A stretch of DNA of 64,000 nt from Eremomyces bilateralis CBS 781.70. Taxonomy: Eukaryota. The stretch is taken from the NCBI GenBank assembly GCA_010015585.1, contig ML975173.1. The stretch is one strand, 5' to 3'. The notes below the pieces were generated by a model. That model ran no database searches. It had not been told where the DNA came from and worked only from the letters and a program-made list of their open reading frames with translations. Below, one piece after another: positions 25,116 through 36,461 of the stretch. Position numbers and translations under genes: made by a program. Numbering within the stretch: the stretch's first letter is position 1; the number at the start of each line of letters is the position of its first letter.

Positions 25116-25844
25116 TCAGCTGATTTTCTCCAAGCTCCACTCCTCCCCTGCCCTCTTCACGTCCAGCTTCCACGTCTCGAATGTGATCGTCTTATAGAAG
25201 TTCTTCGCCTCCGCCCGCGCCATCCGATGCAACGGGCCTTTCCCTCCCTCCCTCGCATCCTCCGCGCTCCTCCACAAGCAGGTAGCCAGGTTCCGCGACT
25301 CGGCATTCGGGCTCCCGTACCAATACTTGAGCAACCCGCCGCTCTCCGAGGCTTCGCGATGGGACTCTTTGTCGAGGAGGAACATGAGGTCGCGGTCGAC
25401 AGTGGGGGAAATGATGGAGCGGAACACGACGACGTAGAAGGACCAATCCCACAGGTTCTTCTCAGCTGCGGTGGATTCGTTGAGCGTCTCTTGCTGGACG
25501 CGCTGGAACACGGCGGGCCAGTTGAACGCTTCGAGGTAGGGGGTGGTCGCGTAGCTCTCACTGGTTGCCTCCATGGATTGAAGTGCGAGCGCCAGTGCGC
25601 GGGAAGGAAGCTCTAGGCGGTCGAGATCCAAGAGATGGGCTTCGTCGGTGTATGGGGAGCTGGCGATCAATCGTTTCGGCAAACTCGTGGAGCTCAGCAC
25701 GATGTGATAGCTTTGGGAATCCGCTCCCTCACTGGTCCAGTCAGCCATTGTCCATCTATACCATGTATACAAATGAACTCCCTGTCCGTACTCTTGGGAT
25801 TCTTTTGGGCGACTTAGCGCGATATCCGCTTCCACCAGTGCCAT
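25116..25844 (-). CDS. Conserved fungal protein, UPF0643-like
   Basis: FYVVVFRS..LDKESHREASESGGLLKYWYG..RNLATCLWRSAEDAREGGKGPLH signature. Confidence 0.75.
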   Translation of the reverse strand: MALVEADIALSRPKESQEYGQGVHLYTWYRWTMADWTSEGADSQSYHIVLSSTSLPKRLIASSPYTDEAHLLDLDRLELPSRALALALQSMEATSESYATTPYLEAFNWPAVFQRVQQETLNESTAAEKNLWDWSFYVVVFRSIISPTVDRDLMFLLDKESHREASESGGLLKYWYGSPNAESRNLATCLWRSAEDAREGGKGPLHRMARAEAKNFYKTITFETWKLDVKRAGEEWSLEKIS

Positions 25845-26856
25845 TGACGGTGCGTCCTTTGTTTTCTCCCCCTTCAGTAGATCGGAATGTAGAGCGAGGA
25901 TTCAAATTTGACGTATGTACTATGAGTTGGACGAAGAGAACGATGAGGAAATAAAAATGTACAGGAATGACTCAAAGGAGGATGGCAAACTTCATATATG
26001 TCCATGGTGCAATTTACTGGCAGTTGAGCCTTCACTAAACAAAGTATTTCATGCTTACTGACTGTGAGCACGCAATGCCTCATGCAAATTATGTGGGAGA
26101 GCGAACGGACACCGACTCTTTGTTCTTCCCCAAGGTTCCCTGGGACTTGGGCGTGCATCCTTCATAGGTACACACGACCATCGATTGCAATTGCCAGCTC
26201 CTTTTATACTCAAATAGAAGTTCCGAGTATTTATGCGTTATCCGGTTAGTTTGGTTGCTCTCTCGAGCCACACGAATCGAGAAAATGATGGTGTTCCGTC
26301 CGATTCGCGTGATGACAACGGCATTGTCCGAGCCGACGACCTGGTGAAGTAAAGGGACCCCGTAGACCTACAGAAAGTCGACAGCTGCAGTTCTCCCATC
26401 CGCTGCAGATAAATATTGACATTGCTGGCGCCATACGATATGGAGAATGCACCGGTTTGGAAGGACCATCCGGCCACGTCGAGTCATTGAGTGCAGGTCC
26501 GACTTATTTTTAAGGGTTTGAAGGCGGTGACGTTGAGCATGTTGGTGAGGGTCCAAGGGAGCTCCTTACTAAAATGAAGGCTCAACACATGCATGATGCA
26601 CAAAGCACGTGATTATCATATGCGCTAAACCCAAAGGGGCTGGTACTCTGTCTTGTTAATGAATCTGTTTGCATCTGGACGTAATACCCGGTATCGGATA
26701 GACCCGTTACGATGCCTCTCTAGACACAAGACGTGTAATACGGAGGAATCGAGCGTTTTCGATATCCGCGAATATGGTCCATTGTGCAACGAACAGTCCA
26801 TCCTAAGGCGCGAATAGAAAGTTTCGCGAGTATAGTATGGGATATCGCATAAGAAT

Positions 26857-28290
26857 TCATTTTGGTTTTTGACTAGAGCTAGAGCTACTTGACAGACTGA
26901 TCCTGTTGACAGCAGCCTCCGATATCGCGGTGACGCGCTCTTTTGAACGTTTCTGCCGTCCTTCTTCGAGATCGATGTGGTCCCCCGCACCTTCAACATC
27001 GATACGAACTTGAGAAGCAACCTCGGCGGTCGTCTGGGGGCTCCGTCCCACCGTATCTCGCATTACGGAACTTGCCAAAGTGCTCCGAAGCCAATCCGGA
27101 ACCTTCCTCCTTGACGCCATTGCAGCAGCTCCTGGGATTCCACGTCGTCTTTCTTCAACGTTCGCCTGAACGTGTCCTCCAATGGTCGGTGGAGCGTTCT
27201 GCCCAGCCGAGCGCCGATTCGACTCGACGGACGGTTCAGAGGATTCCACGGCGTGTCTGAAGGGTCCCATCATGTTCGGCCAACTTCTGGCAATCAATCC
27301 CCGTAGATCAGGGAGACTACTTGCGACTAACCCCAAGGCGAGCTCGATGGCGATGAACAAACTCACTTCCGAACCGAACCACTGCTGTCCTTCCGCATCG
27401 GTCCTATAGTTCGCGATGATGAATGGGATCTGCAGCAACGCGAAAACGCATGCAATCAGACCAATCCCAAAAATAATGGCCAAACCAACGCGTTGCCCGA
27501 GACGGATTTGTCGTAACCCCCAGATATAAGGGATGGGGAGGGCGTAGATCAACGCATCGAGAACTGCGTCGACCAGTGCCCCTGAGTATGTGAACTCTCG
27601 CGCATTGCTACAACGAGGATTGTGGTATTCGTTCAGAGCGCCTCGATATAAGTCGTCAATATCACTAAAGCATCGGGTCAGTGTGTCTTTTGACTGCGCC
27701 GGGATGAAATACACACCTGCACAGTATCGCTAGTGTCAAGACAAGTTGGAGACACTGCATGAAAGTCCCAATAATGAGCACCCATGATCCTATACGAAGG
27801 CCTCGCAGGGCAGTGGGAAATAACCGAAGATAATATGTGAGGACTCCCAAGCGGGTGAACATTGCGCTGAGAGCGTACCACAATCGCCGTTCGAAGTACC
27901 GCTGCATCGATGAGCTTGCTTCCTGAAATGCTTAGGTATGGTGTACGTACCTGATAGAAGGCCACCTGGTACTGCTCTTGGGGTCCCATCCGCGACGCCC
28001 ATCCAATCTGGGAGCTCAACGATGCTGCCACAGCTCGTCCAATGGCCAAACCCTTCCATCCGTCAGAATCTACTTTTCCCACTGAAGACGGGTGCTGGGC
28101 TTACCAGACCAAGGACTATGAAAATGTCATCTGCAGCGATGCGCTTTTTCAGACTGATTCTCGCATACATTCGCCAACAGACAAAGCAGGTCGCCAGAGC
28201 GACGAGGATGCTTTGTATTGCTATCACCCATTTCGTGGGAGGGGTAAGATGCCCGTTTTTAAACACCTGCGGTTCCTGGGGGTGTAGCAT
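26857..28290 (-). CDS. PTH11-like 7-TM integral membrane protein (fungal rhodopsin-domain family, no CFEM domain)
   Basis: WRMYARISLKKRIAADD, RLGVLTYYLRLF, LDALIYALPIPYIWGL and IELALGLVASSLPDLR motifs spread over four exons. Start codon approximate. Confidence 0.8.
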
Positions 28291-29529
28291 CGCAAGAATG
28301 GGTCCAGGGTGGTACGACGACCAGATATGCGAGTTCACCCACCGTCCATAAAGGACTCGAGTTCTCGAAGTGAAGTCTTAGAAGGACTGCGGTGCGTTCA
28401 TCGGTAGGCGGCGCAGCGCGAGTTTTAACGGCATTCGCATTGATGTGTCATCTCTCACAAGGCTCAGTAGAGTGCGTAGGGCTGGCACATTAGAATCACT
28501 GGTACTCGACAACGCCATACTATAACCATAGCGGAGCGCCTCTATAAAGTAAGTGTTGCCTACGCCATATTTCATCCTCGGGCGCTTCTTAGGCTAAACC
28601 TTTTCGGCGTCGCACCTTGCAGAGCATTTTGTTCTCTCAATAGTCACAAGGGATCAGTCTAGGTAACCGACGTATCAAATCATTCGTGGAACAGATGCAG
28701 ATATGTGCCGAGTTAGACTAACGATGCACCACGGCTTACTCAGTCGCAAGACATCAAATCAGAACTTCAACCAAGATTGATCACTTAATTGCTAGCTTGA
28801 ATGAACCGAACGGATTCATCCTTATACATTATGGCGCGTTCAGCTTTGCTGAATCATTTTCTCTTCCCTGCCACCTTTGCAGTGACAGATCACATCCCGA
28901 GGGACGGAAGATATTCCTTCTTCTGTTCGGTCCGACACCCGCCACAATCGGGACAATATTATGGACCCAGATTCCAGATCCATGCACGGAGTATCCGTGC
29001 CCTCCTTTAATACAACGTAAAAGAAAGAAATCCATTTGCCGGGTCTGCGATTGGCTTTGCAATTACCGTCCTACTACGAGATCTGAGTCTATGTTAGATT
29101 CCCTGAACTGATGGCCCGTCACCATCAGTAAAAGTCTCTCAGCGCTTGAATTGACTGGCAACAGGGGAAGAGGTCAACCTACCTTAATGACTATGTTTTG
29201 TTAAATTGTTGAACCTTATGAGTCTTCCTACATTCATTTATTAGTCACGAAAACAACGTTCAAGAGCTGGTGATGTCAGCGGCATTAAAGGAGCCGCGAA
29301 ACACCGACGCCAACCTTCGAAGTAAAATTTCCTCCTATTCGGCAGTTGTGAGAAAATCTTTCTCCTATCGATATCGGTATCAGGGGGTTCTGTCAGCATG
29401 GCTAGGAGTGGTTCTCAATGTTTTCCGTAGTGTTTTCATGATCATTCCTTGTCACAACTCATATCCGCTCATCGACGACATCCTCCATTTAATTGATCGT
29501 TCCAGTATCCGCGATTTTGAATTCCAACC

Positions 29530-31348
29530 ATGCTTACGACGACGTCCATTGCTGAAAACCCTCCGGCCTCCGGGATGTCTCGGCCATCGATCGAACTCGT
29601 GCCGATAACGTATCCCTCCAGCGCGGTAACCAATCCGTCTCTGAGGTCCACGACAACGTTGGCTCATGTGCCGTCCAACGCATCCCGATATGAGAACTGC
29701 CACGAGTCGAGGTCATTGAATGAGGAAGATGTGTCCAAAGGAGTAACAGCGGCTGTGATTACTTCCGTGACCTGTATTACCGGCATCTCGAGTCTTTTGG
29801 CGGGAATCGTCACGGTGGCCATGCCTATGATAGCCAAAGATTTGGCCATCCCGTCGAATTTGCTGCTCTGGTAAGCATATTGAAGTTCCTGTTCGAACGA
29901 CGACTTATTCAGATAGGCCTGCCTCTGTGTATGCACTGACATGCGGTTGCACTCTGCTCGTCCTGGGGTCCATTGCAGACGTGGTTGGGAGCCGAGTGAT
30001 GTATCTCACAGGCTGTGTCCTCCAAAGCATTTTTACCATGGCGTGTGGGCTGGCGCGGGATGGCCCAGAACTGATCGGCTTTCGTGCCTTGGCCGGAATT
30101 GCCATCTCATTCTGCCTGCCATCCGCCGTCAGCATTATCACGAACACCTTTCCCCCGGGTCGAAGGCGGAACATCTCGTTCGCCTCCATGGGCGCTGGTC
30201 AACCCGTAGGATTTTCTATTGGGCTGGCTTTAGGTGGTGTCTTCAGTGACTCCATCGGATGGTAAGAGCCTTCTTTCTAGTACCATCAGTACTCTGAGAT
30301 TTCGGTTCCCAGCAGCTGATCAAAGCCTCCTAGGCGATGGTGCTTTTACATTGCTGCCATCCTCAATACTGCGATCGTAGCCATCGCTATTTTCACCTTG
30401 CCGAAACCCCCAAACGAAAATGAATCGGTAACTTGGAGCCGCCTAAAATCAGAGATTGATTGGGTCGGTGCTCTTATCGCCAGTACTTCTCTGGCTTTGA
30501 TAAGTTACATATTTGCGTGAGTGCATCCCCAGTCCGTAGAGAATGCTGGCTGACGTATTTGTAGTGCAATAACCGGAAGCGCTTCAAGCATCCGAGATCC
30601 AGTCATAATCACACTCTTTTGCATTTCTTTGGCGTTGGTTCCAACATTTATCATATGGATGTCACGCCAAGAACGTCTGGGACGTCCGGCCATTATCCCG
30701 AATTCTCTCTGGCGCAACAAGCATTTCACTTCTATATGTATCGACGTCTTCCTCATCTGGGGCGTCTTCAACGCGATTGAGAACCTCCTAGCTTTCTTCT
30801 TCGAGTATGTTCAACACCTCTCGGGAAGCCAGGCTTCGTTGCGATTCCTTCCCGCTCCGATAGGCGGAGCGTTGGCGAACATTCTCATCGGACTCATTGT
30901 TCATCGAGTACGCGCCGACTGGCTCGTGATTGTGGCGTTGGCCATCTCCAGCGTGACACCGTTGCTTCTCGCCATCCAGGATCCCTCATGGTCGTATTGG
31001 GCAGCTGTGGCTCCAGCTGTCTTTTTGAATGCAGTTGGTGCCGATACGCTATTTACCATATCAAACCTCGTTATTTCTTCCGCCTTCCCGTCGAAAACGC
31101 AAGCCCTTGCTGGAGGGGTTTTCAACACCATTGCCCAGGTCGGAAAATCCGTGGGACTGGCTACATCGGCTGTGATTGCCGGGAGTGTGACAGCCAAATC
31201 TTCCTTTCCGGATAAGAATGGCGACAAGGCATTGATGGAAGGTTACCGGGCGACATTTTGGTATACTCTTGGACTATCCCTTCTGTGTGTTGCCATCAGC
31301 TTGTGGGGATTGCGGAATATAGGGAAAGTGGGCCTCAAACGAGAGTAA
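29530..31348 (+). CDS. MFS drug:H+ antiporter (DHA2, aminotriazole-resistance-like)
   Basis: LLVLGSIADVVGSR motif A, FRALAGIA..LPSAVSII, many TM segments; introns about 29871-29916, 30262-30333 and 30517-30564. Confidence 0.9.
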
Positions 31349-31751
31349 TATAGACATGTTTGTTTTCCATGCCATGCATCCCGAAAGTCCTCCAAAATTG
31401 GTGTCAAGCGCAATCGTATCCGAGAGAATGAATGTATAGTCAACCGGTATCGCCTTTCAAATACCTTATGCAACATCGAGGAGGGAAAGCTTTGTTCCTT
31501 GGAATGCAACATCAATGGGAGAAGAGCTGATTCGGAATGACGGTGATGTCAGTCATCGTTCCAATGGTCGCAACCGGAAGTTTACAACGGGTCAAGGCCT
31601 CTCAATCTACATTCCGACGTGGTTTGACATTAGATGGATGTTCTGACAACTGAACGAGTCGAAGGAACGGTACAAAAATCAATTAAGCGACGAAACCTAA
31701 CTCCGAACGAGTTTCATCATTTTGTTACTGGTATTACAAAGAAACCGCCCC

Positions 31752-31990
31752 CTCCGGGGGGGGAAGAAATTGAGTTACCTTTCTTGGCATTCCCCTAAGC
31801 ACAGTTCCCACGATCGTAACCAGAACGCGGCGGAGAATTCACCAAAACAGGCCTCTAGTAGTTGCTTAATTAGGAAAAGAGTATACTTTTTGGTATTATG
31901 TTGTTTTTGAGCGAATTGGGCCTGCCTGTAATGGTGGTGGTGGTTGCGGGAATGCCAAGAAAAGGTAACTCAATTTCTTCCCCCCCGGAG
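31752..31990. mobile_element. MITE-like non-coding element with ~42-bp terminal inverted repeats
   Basis: Left arm CTCCGGGGGGGGAAGAAATTGAGTTACCTTTCTTGGCATTCCC (31752-31793). Right arm GGGAATGCCAAGAAAAGGTAACTCAATTTCTTCCCCCCCGGAG (31948-31990). They differ only in homopolymer lengths. GCCCC flanks both sides. Confidence 0.7.
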
Positions 31991-32038
31991 GCCCCTTTGA
32001 CCCCCGCCCCCCCATCTTGGTTTTATGAGTATTACGCT

Positions 32039-32082
32039 AAGTCCGTTACCTCCGTACCAAGTCCGTTACCTCCGTACCAAGT
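32039..32082 (+). repeat. Perfect 20-bp tandem duplication AAGTCCGTTACCTCCGTACC x2 (+AAGT)
   Basis: Read directly from the sequence. Confidence 0.9.
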
Positions 32083-32277
32083 ACGTAGTGAGGGGTACGT
32101 ACTACTATGTACGCAATGAAATAAATACGTAATGTACTGTACATTATCATGCCATAGCATGAGGTCAGGCCTGATGAATCTTGCAGTCCCGAATATAAGT
32201 AATACTTCATACTCCATTTGGCTTGACCAGGAATGAGTGTCATTCTTCGTCAATCAAAACGAATAGCCAGTCGAAAA

Positions 32278-33297
32278 ATGGCGAACCTCAACATTAGCTC
32301 GAAATATACCATGAACTCGGGATATGAGATCCCGGCTCTTGGATATGGAGTAAGAGTACAATGATCCCCGTCAATATTACTCGATGCTCACCCGCGATGT
32401 TTTTAGGTCTACAAAACGTAAGATATGAAGAAGTCACGCCTGGCCAATATAACTGAAAGTTATAGCCCTGCCGCTGAGGCTGAAGAAGTTACCGACCATG
32501 CTATCGGAGTCGGTTATCGTCATGTTGATTCTGCAGTCGCATACCGCAACGAAGGTCCAACCGCGATAGGAATGTTAAAGTCGAAGGTTCCTAGAGAACA
32601 GCTCTTCTTTACCTCGAAAGTGCCGCCTAAGGACTTGAGCTACAAGACAACAAAGGCATGCATCGACGAGACTTTGGTCGAGACGGGGTTGAGCTATGTC
32701 GACCTCTACCTCATCCACTCGCCGTATGGAGGGAAAGAGGCAAGGTTGGGTGCTTGGCGAGCGCTCGTGGAAGCTGTTGAGGCTGGGAAAGTGCGCTCGA
32801 TCGGCGTCTCTAATTACGGAGTTCACCATCTCGAGGAGCTGGATGAGTACATCAGACAGACCGAGGCCGCAGAAGGAAAAGGCAAGGGCGGTGTGTTGAG
32901 TGTCAACCAAGTCGAACTCCATCCGTGGCTCGCGCGACCGGATATTGTTGAGTGGTGCAAGAAACGAGGGGTGATAATGGAGGTCAGCAATCATCACGAT
33001 TGACCTTGGGACAGCATTGACCATCGATAGGCATACTCACCCGTAGTCCGTATGGAGAGGGAGAAAGAGCCAGTCCTTATTCAGCTGGCTAAGAAACACG
33101 GGAAGACACCGGCACAGATCTTACTTCGATGGAGTCTCCAGATGGGGTTCGTGCCACTCCCGAAGTCGGTAACGAAGTCTCGAATTGAGGAAAATATTAA
33201 GTTGTATGACTTCCAGTTGTCTGCGGAAGACATGGAGTCACTGGACACGGGAGAATATTCGCCCTGCGCATGGGATCCAACGGTATCGAAAGACTAA
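32278..33297 (+). CDS. Aldo-keto reductase (AKR5/2,5-DKG reductase-like)
   Basis: GYRHVDSAVAYRNE, LFFTSK, YVDLYLIHSP, RSIGVSNY, NQVELHP and VPLPKS motifs. Introns about 32349-32406, 32418-32465 and 32983-33030, with an 11-nt microexon. Confidence 0.93.
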
Positions 33298-33330
33298 ATG
33301 AAAGGATGGATTGTAAATAGCTATCCATAT

Positions 33331-34441
33331 CTAATCATCCCGCCATTCATCACCATCTTCCAGTCTCTCCGGGCGATGTTTTGCATTCGGAGGCGGCGCC
33401 TCGTCATCACTGTCGTCCTCAAATGCGCTTGGGTCTGTAAGTGGCATCCGAGCGCCGTCGTCGCTCCCTCTTTCGATGTCTCGTACGGTATCATCAGCGG
33501 AAATGGAGATCCCTCGGCCGCCCCAACGAGTGTTTTTCTGGGCGGGTCGTGCATGGTCGGCCTCTCCATCATCTGCATCGTTATCATCCAAGTGCTTTCT
33601 ACCCAGAATACCCCCAACCAGCCACCCACGGCTGAAATCGTCCGAGTCGACCACGCCGCCTCCTCGGAGCTTGACCCGTTGCCGGCTGTAGTATACCCAT
33701 GCAAAATCCACGTAAAACGCGGTTTGTATCACGCCGAATATTGCGGCGACAGGATCGAAAACATGTTCGGTCGCGCCGCGATATATCCAGTTCAGAATGT
33801 AGAAGGCTCGGTATGAGCCAAGTGTTAGGAGGTACAAGGAATCGATGACAGTCGGTACCGTCGTCTCGCGAAGGAGGAGGAGTTGGGGAAGAATACACAA
33901 CGACTCGAGGATGATACTGAACACCCAAAGAACCTGTGGCGAGTTAGTCTTGACGGGTGCGGTGCAGCTGCCTGCAGATAGTCCACTCACTTCCAGAGGA
34001 GACAAAGCCCCTATATTTTCAAAAATGATAAGGACAGGGACGCAGCCGATCAGGGCGGCGCCTAGTCCATAAGCTCCGAACCTCCATGCCTTTTCCCGCT
34101 CTCTCGTCCGTGGAAAGATCGACCACATCAGAAACACGATGTATGCCGAGGACACGATGTAGGCGACCTTGAAGACGAAGAGATAGATGAGCATCCCATC
34201 ATTTACCGGAGTCCAAAATATGTCAAGATATCGCGTGCAGAACACGAGGAGGTATAGCAGTTGTGTGATCAAGGAAACACCTGTTGGTCTGTTAGAGCCG
34301 AGTGGAGCATTGGATTGTTGCGCTGGACACGGTACCTTCAGCGCTTCGATTCCAGTGGATGGTCCCTATCAAGATGATCTTGGACAATGCGTGGGCGATG
34401 TCTCCCAGGATCCGAAAGGAGTTCACATGGTATTCAGCCAT
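33331..34441 (-). CDS. ERD2: ER lumen protein-retaining (HDEL/KDEL) receptor family protein with a long acidic C-tail
   Basis: NSFRILGDIAH..SAEGVSLITQLLYLLVFCTRYLD, LESLCILPQL, YRAFYILNWIYR and QTAFYVDF motifs; introns 34335-34281 and 33990-33934. Confidence 0.88.
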
Positions 34442-36461
34442 GATGTGATATGGAATGGCTGGGGATGTCTAAGATGATTGTGTCAGGTCATTCAATCCTG
34501 TATCGCGCCGATGGTCGGACCAAGCTCGATCGATTTGAGGTACGCTACCAAGCACGGAGCGATAACGAATGCCTGTAATCTAGAAGGTAGGAGTTTATAT
34601 CAATTTCCAAAGGACACATTTAGTAATACTAGCAGGCAGAGTTGTGGACTCGACTGCCGCCTCATAACTATACGTGGAGTGGTTCAGTTAGACCCTGGAC
34701 TCCTGCTGGTTCACTACAGTTGAGGCTCCAACTTCCAAGTCACGTGGAAAGTGGCATTTTTCCCACGTGACTCTATTGGCCTTGTTGCCTTAGCCTAGAT
34801 GCTGACATGGATGGATGCAGTCATGCAGATGCCCTCACTCCATGTCAGCTCACTCCTGCAGTCCTGCTGATGGACGACTCGCCCTGCACGTGATCGATTG
34901 ACCGTCTCTCTCCACCTGCTGCAATCTGCATCGATGTTTCGTTCACTCATTCCATCATCTGTCTCGTCCGCTACGGTGTAGATCTATAGTTCATGGTCCA
35001 TATAAGTGCATGGACAATTTTAATCCAATGCACAAAGTACCTACCTATCCCGGCTTACCGTTTACCCCATTGTACACTTGCATGTGGTGTGTGGACCCTG
35101 TAAACAAGCGGAATAGCCCACCTGCATCACTAAATTTAGTCTCCTACAGTGCGCCGGCGGGCCACGGCACCCGGGGGATGCATGATCGGCTATCAAGTCA
35201 CGACCCTTGCCTTCTTTGGGACCACGGAGATATGCTAAACAGCCTAAGCTCCCTCGGTATATATCTGCTACACTTTACAGCCTACTGGAGACATCGAAAT
35301 TCGAATAGAGTTGGTCGGGCCTTTTTTGGGTTCTTCTGGTCACAGCTGCGGGACATGTGAAAGGAAAGGGTGAATACTGAACACTCAGAACAGACTCCAT
35401 AAGCAATATGAGCAACGATCCTCGACACCAGCTTAAGTCCGTTTCATTCAAACCGGTTGGGGGATCTTGAGTGCCGCGCTGTCACTTACCTACCTAGTCT
35501 TTCACAAACAGTTATTCCTTCACGTCAGAGTACTCGTCACGTCTCAACCCGCTCTCAACCTGCTCCCTACTATACTATTTATTAAAGTCATGTCTCCTTC
35601 ATGTTTCACCTATAGCCTATCCACTATACGATATATAAAGGTGGAAACGGGGGAAAGAAGTCTTGCAAGGTTTGGGGGCAAAGGCCGTTTATATTTCTTC
35701 CAGCAGCACATTGGTAATATTCTAGCCTTGTCAAAACTGTTGCGGCTTGTCTGCGGGATTCAGTCTTCCGCCCTGCCTGCGCCCGCGACACCCAAACTTA
35801 GTACCCTGCGCGCTGCGGACGTCGTTCCTCATTCCTGGGATCGTAGTTCGCACACCTTTGGTTCTAAATGCTCACGCTAAGGCTGTGTGGAGGATGCTCT
35901 ACCCGGTCCGAAGAACGTCGAGAATGAAGGGGAATATTCAAATATGTCAACCATTGGTCCGGTTGCTCCCGACGACTTGCATAAGACGATGAGGAGCACA
36001 GAAATCACACGTCCAAGCGCCCAACGATGCCATTTTCAGACAAGTTCGCGGACCAGGGGGTATATGAATATAGCTTAGCGCCCGCTGATGGCCGGGGAAT
36101 TAATTGGTGGATGCGCAACGGTGCGGGAGCTAAGGCAGATTGGGATCGTCACCTCGAAGCTCATTCGTCCGACTCTACCGCGATGCTATTATTAGGTCTT
36201 GATCTGTTTCTATTCTCAGAACCGTCACAAACTGCGCAGACATGCTCCAAATTTGGCTTTCATTCTGTGGGGAATGGTCGCGATCGCGTGTTTCAACAAA
36301 CATTCAACATATACTTATTATTCGGTTCGATCCACGACTTGTTGCTGTGCTATGTTGGAAATCACATCACGGCTTTCGTTCAAAACTCCGACTCTGACAA
36401 TTGCCAAGGCTCCTTGGTTCCTCATCTCGGTACGCCTTAACTTTGCAACAGGTCAATCAAT

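Noticed and set aside
32039..32082. 20-bp repeat as a CRISPR array or yeast-type telomeric repeat
   Set aside because: Only two adjacent copies with no spacers, in a eukaryotic context. The resemblance to Candida-type telomere units is loose, and filamentous ascomycetes typically use TTAGGG.
26857..33297. PTH11-like + MFS + aldo-keto reductase as a secondary-metabolite cluster
   Set aside because: No backbone enzyme (PKS, NRPS, terpene synthase) or pathway-specific TF is nearby.
35467..36440. Several 60-140 aa ORFs upstream of the Myb-like gene
   Set aside because: No recognisable domains and no consistent splice path to the main exon. Probably promoter or long leader sequence, though uORFs cannot be excluded.
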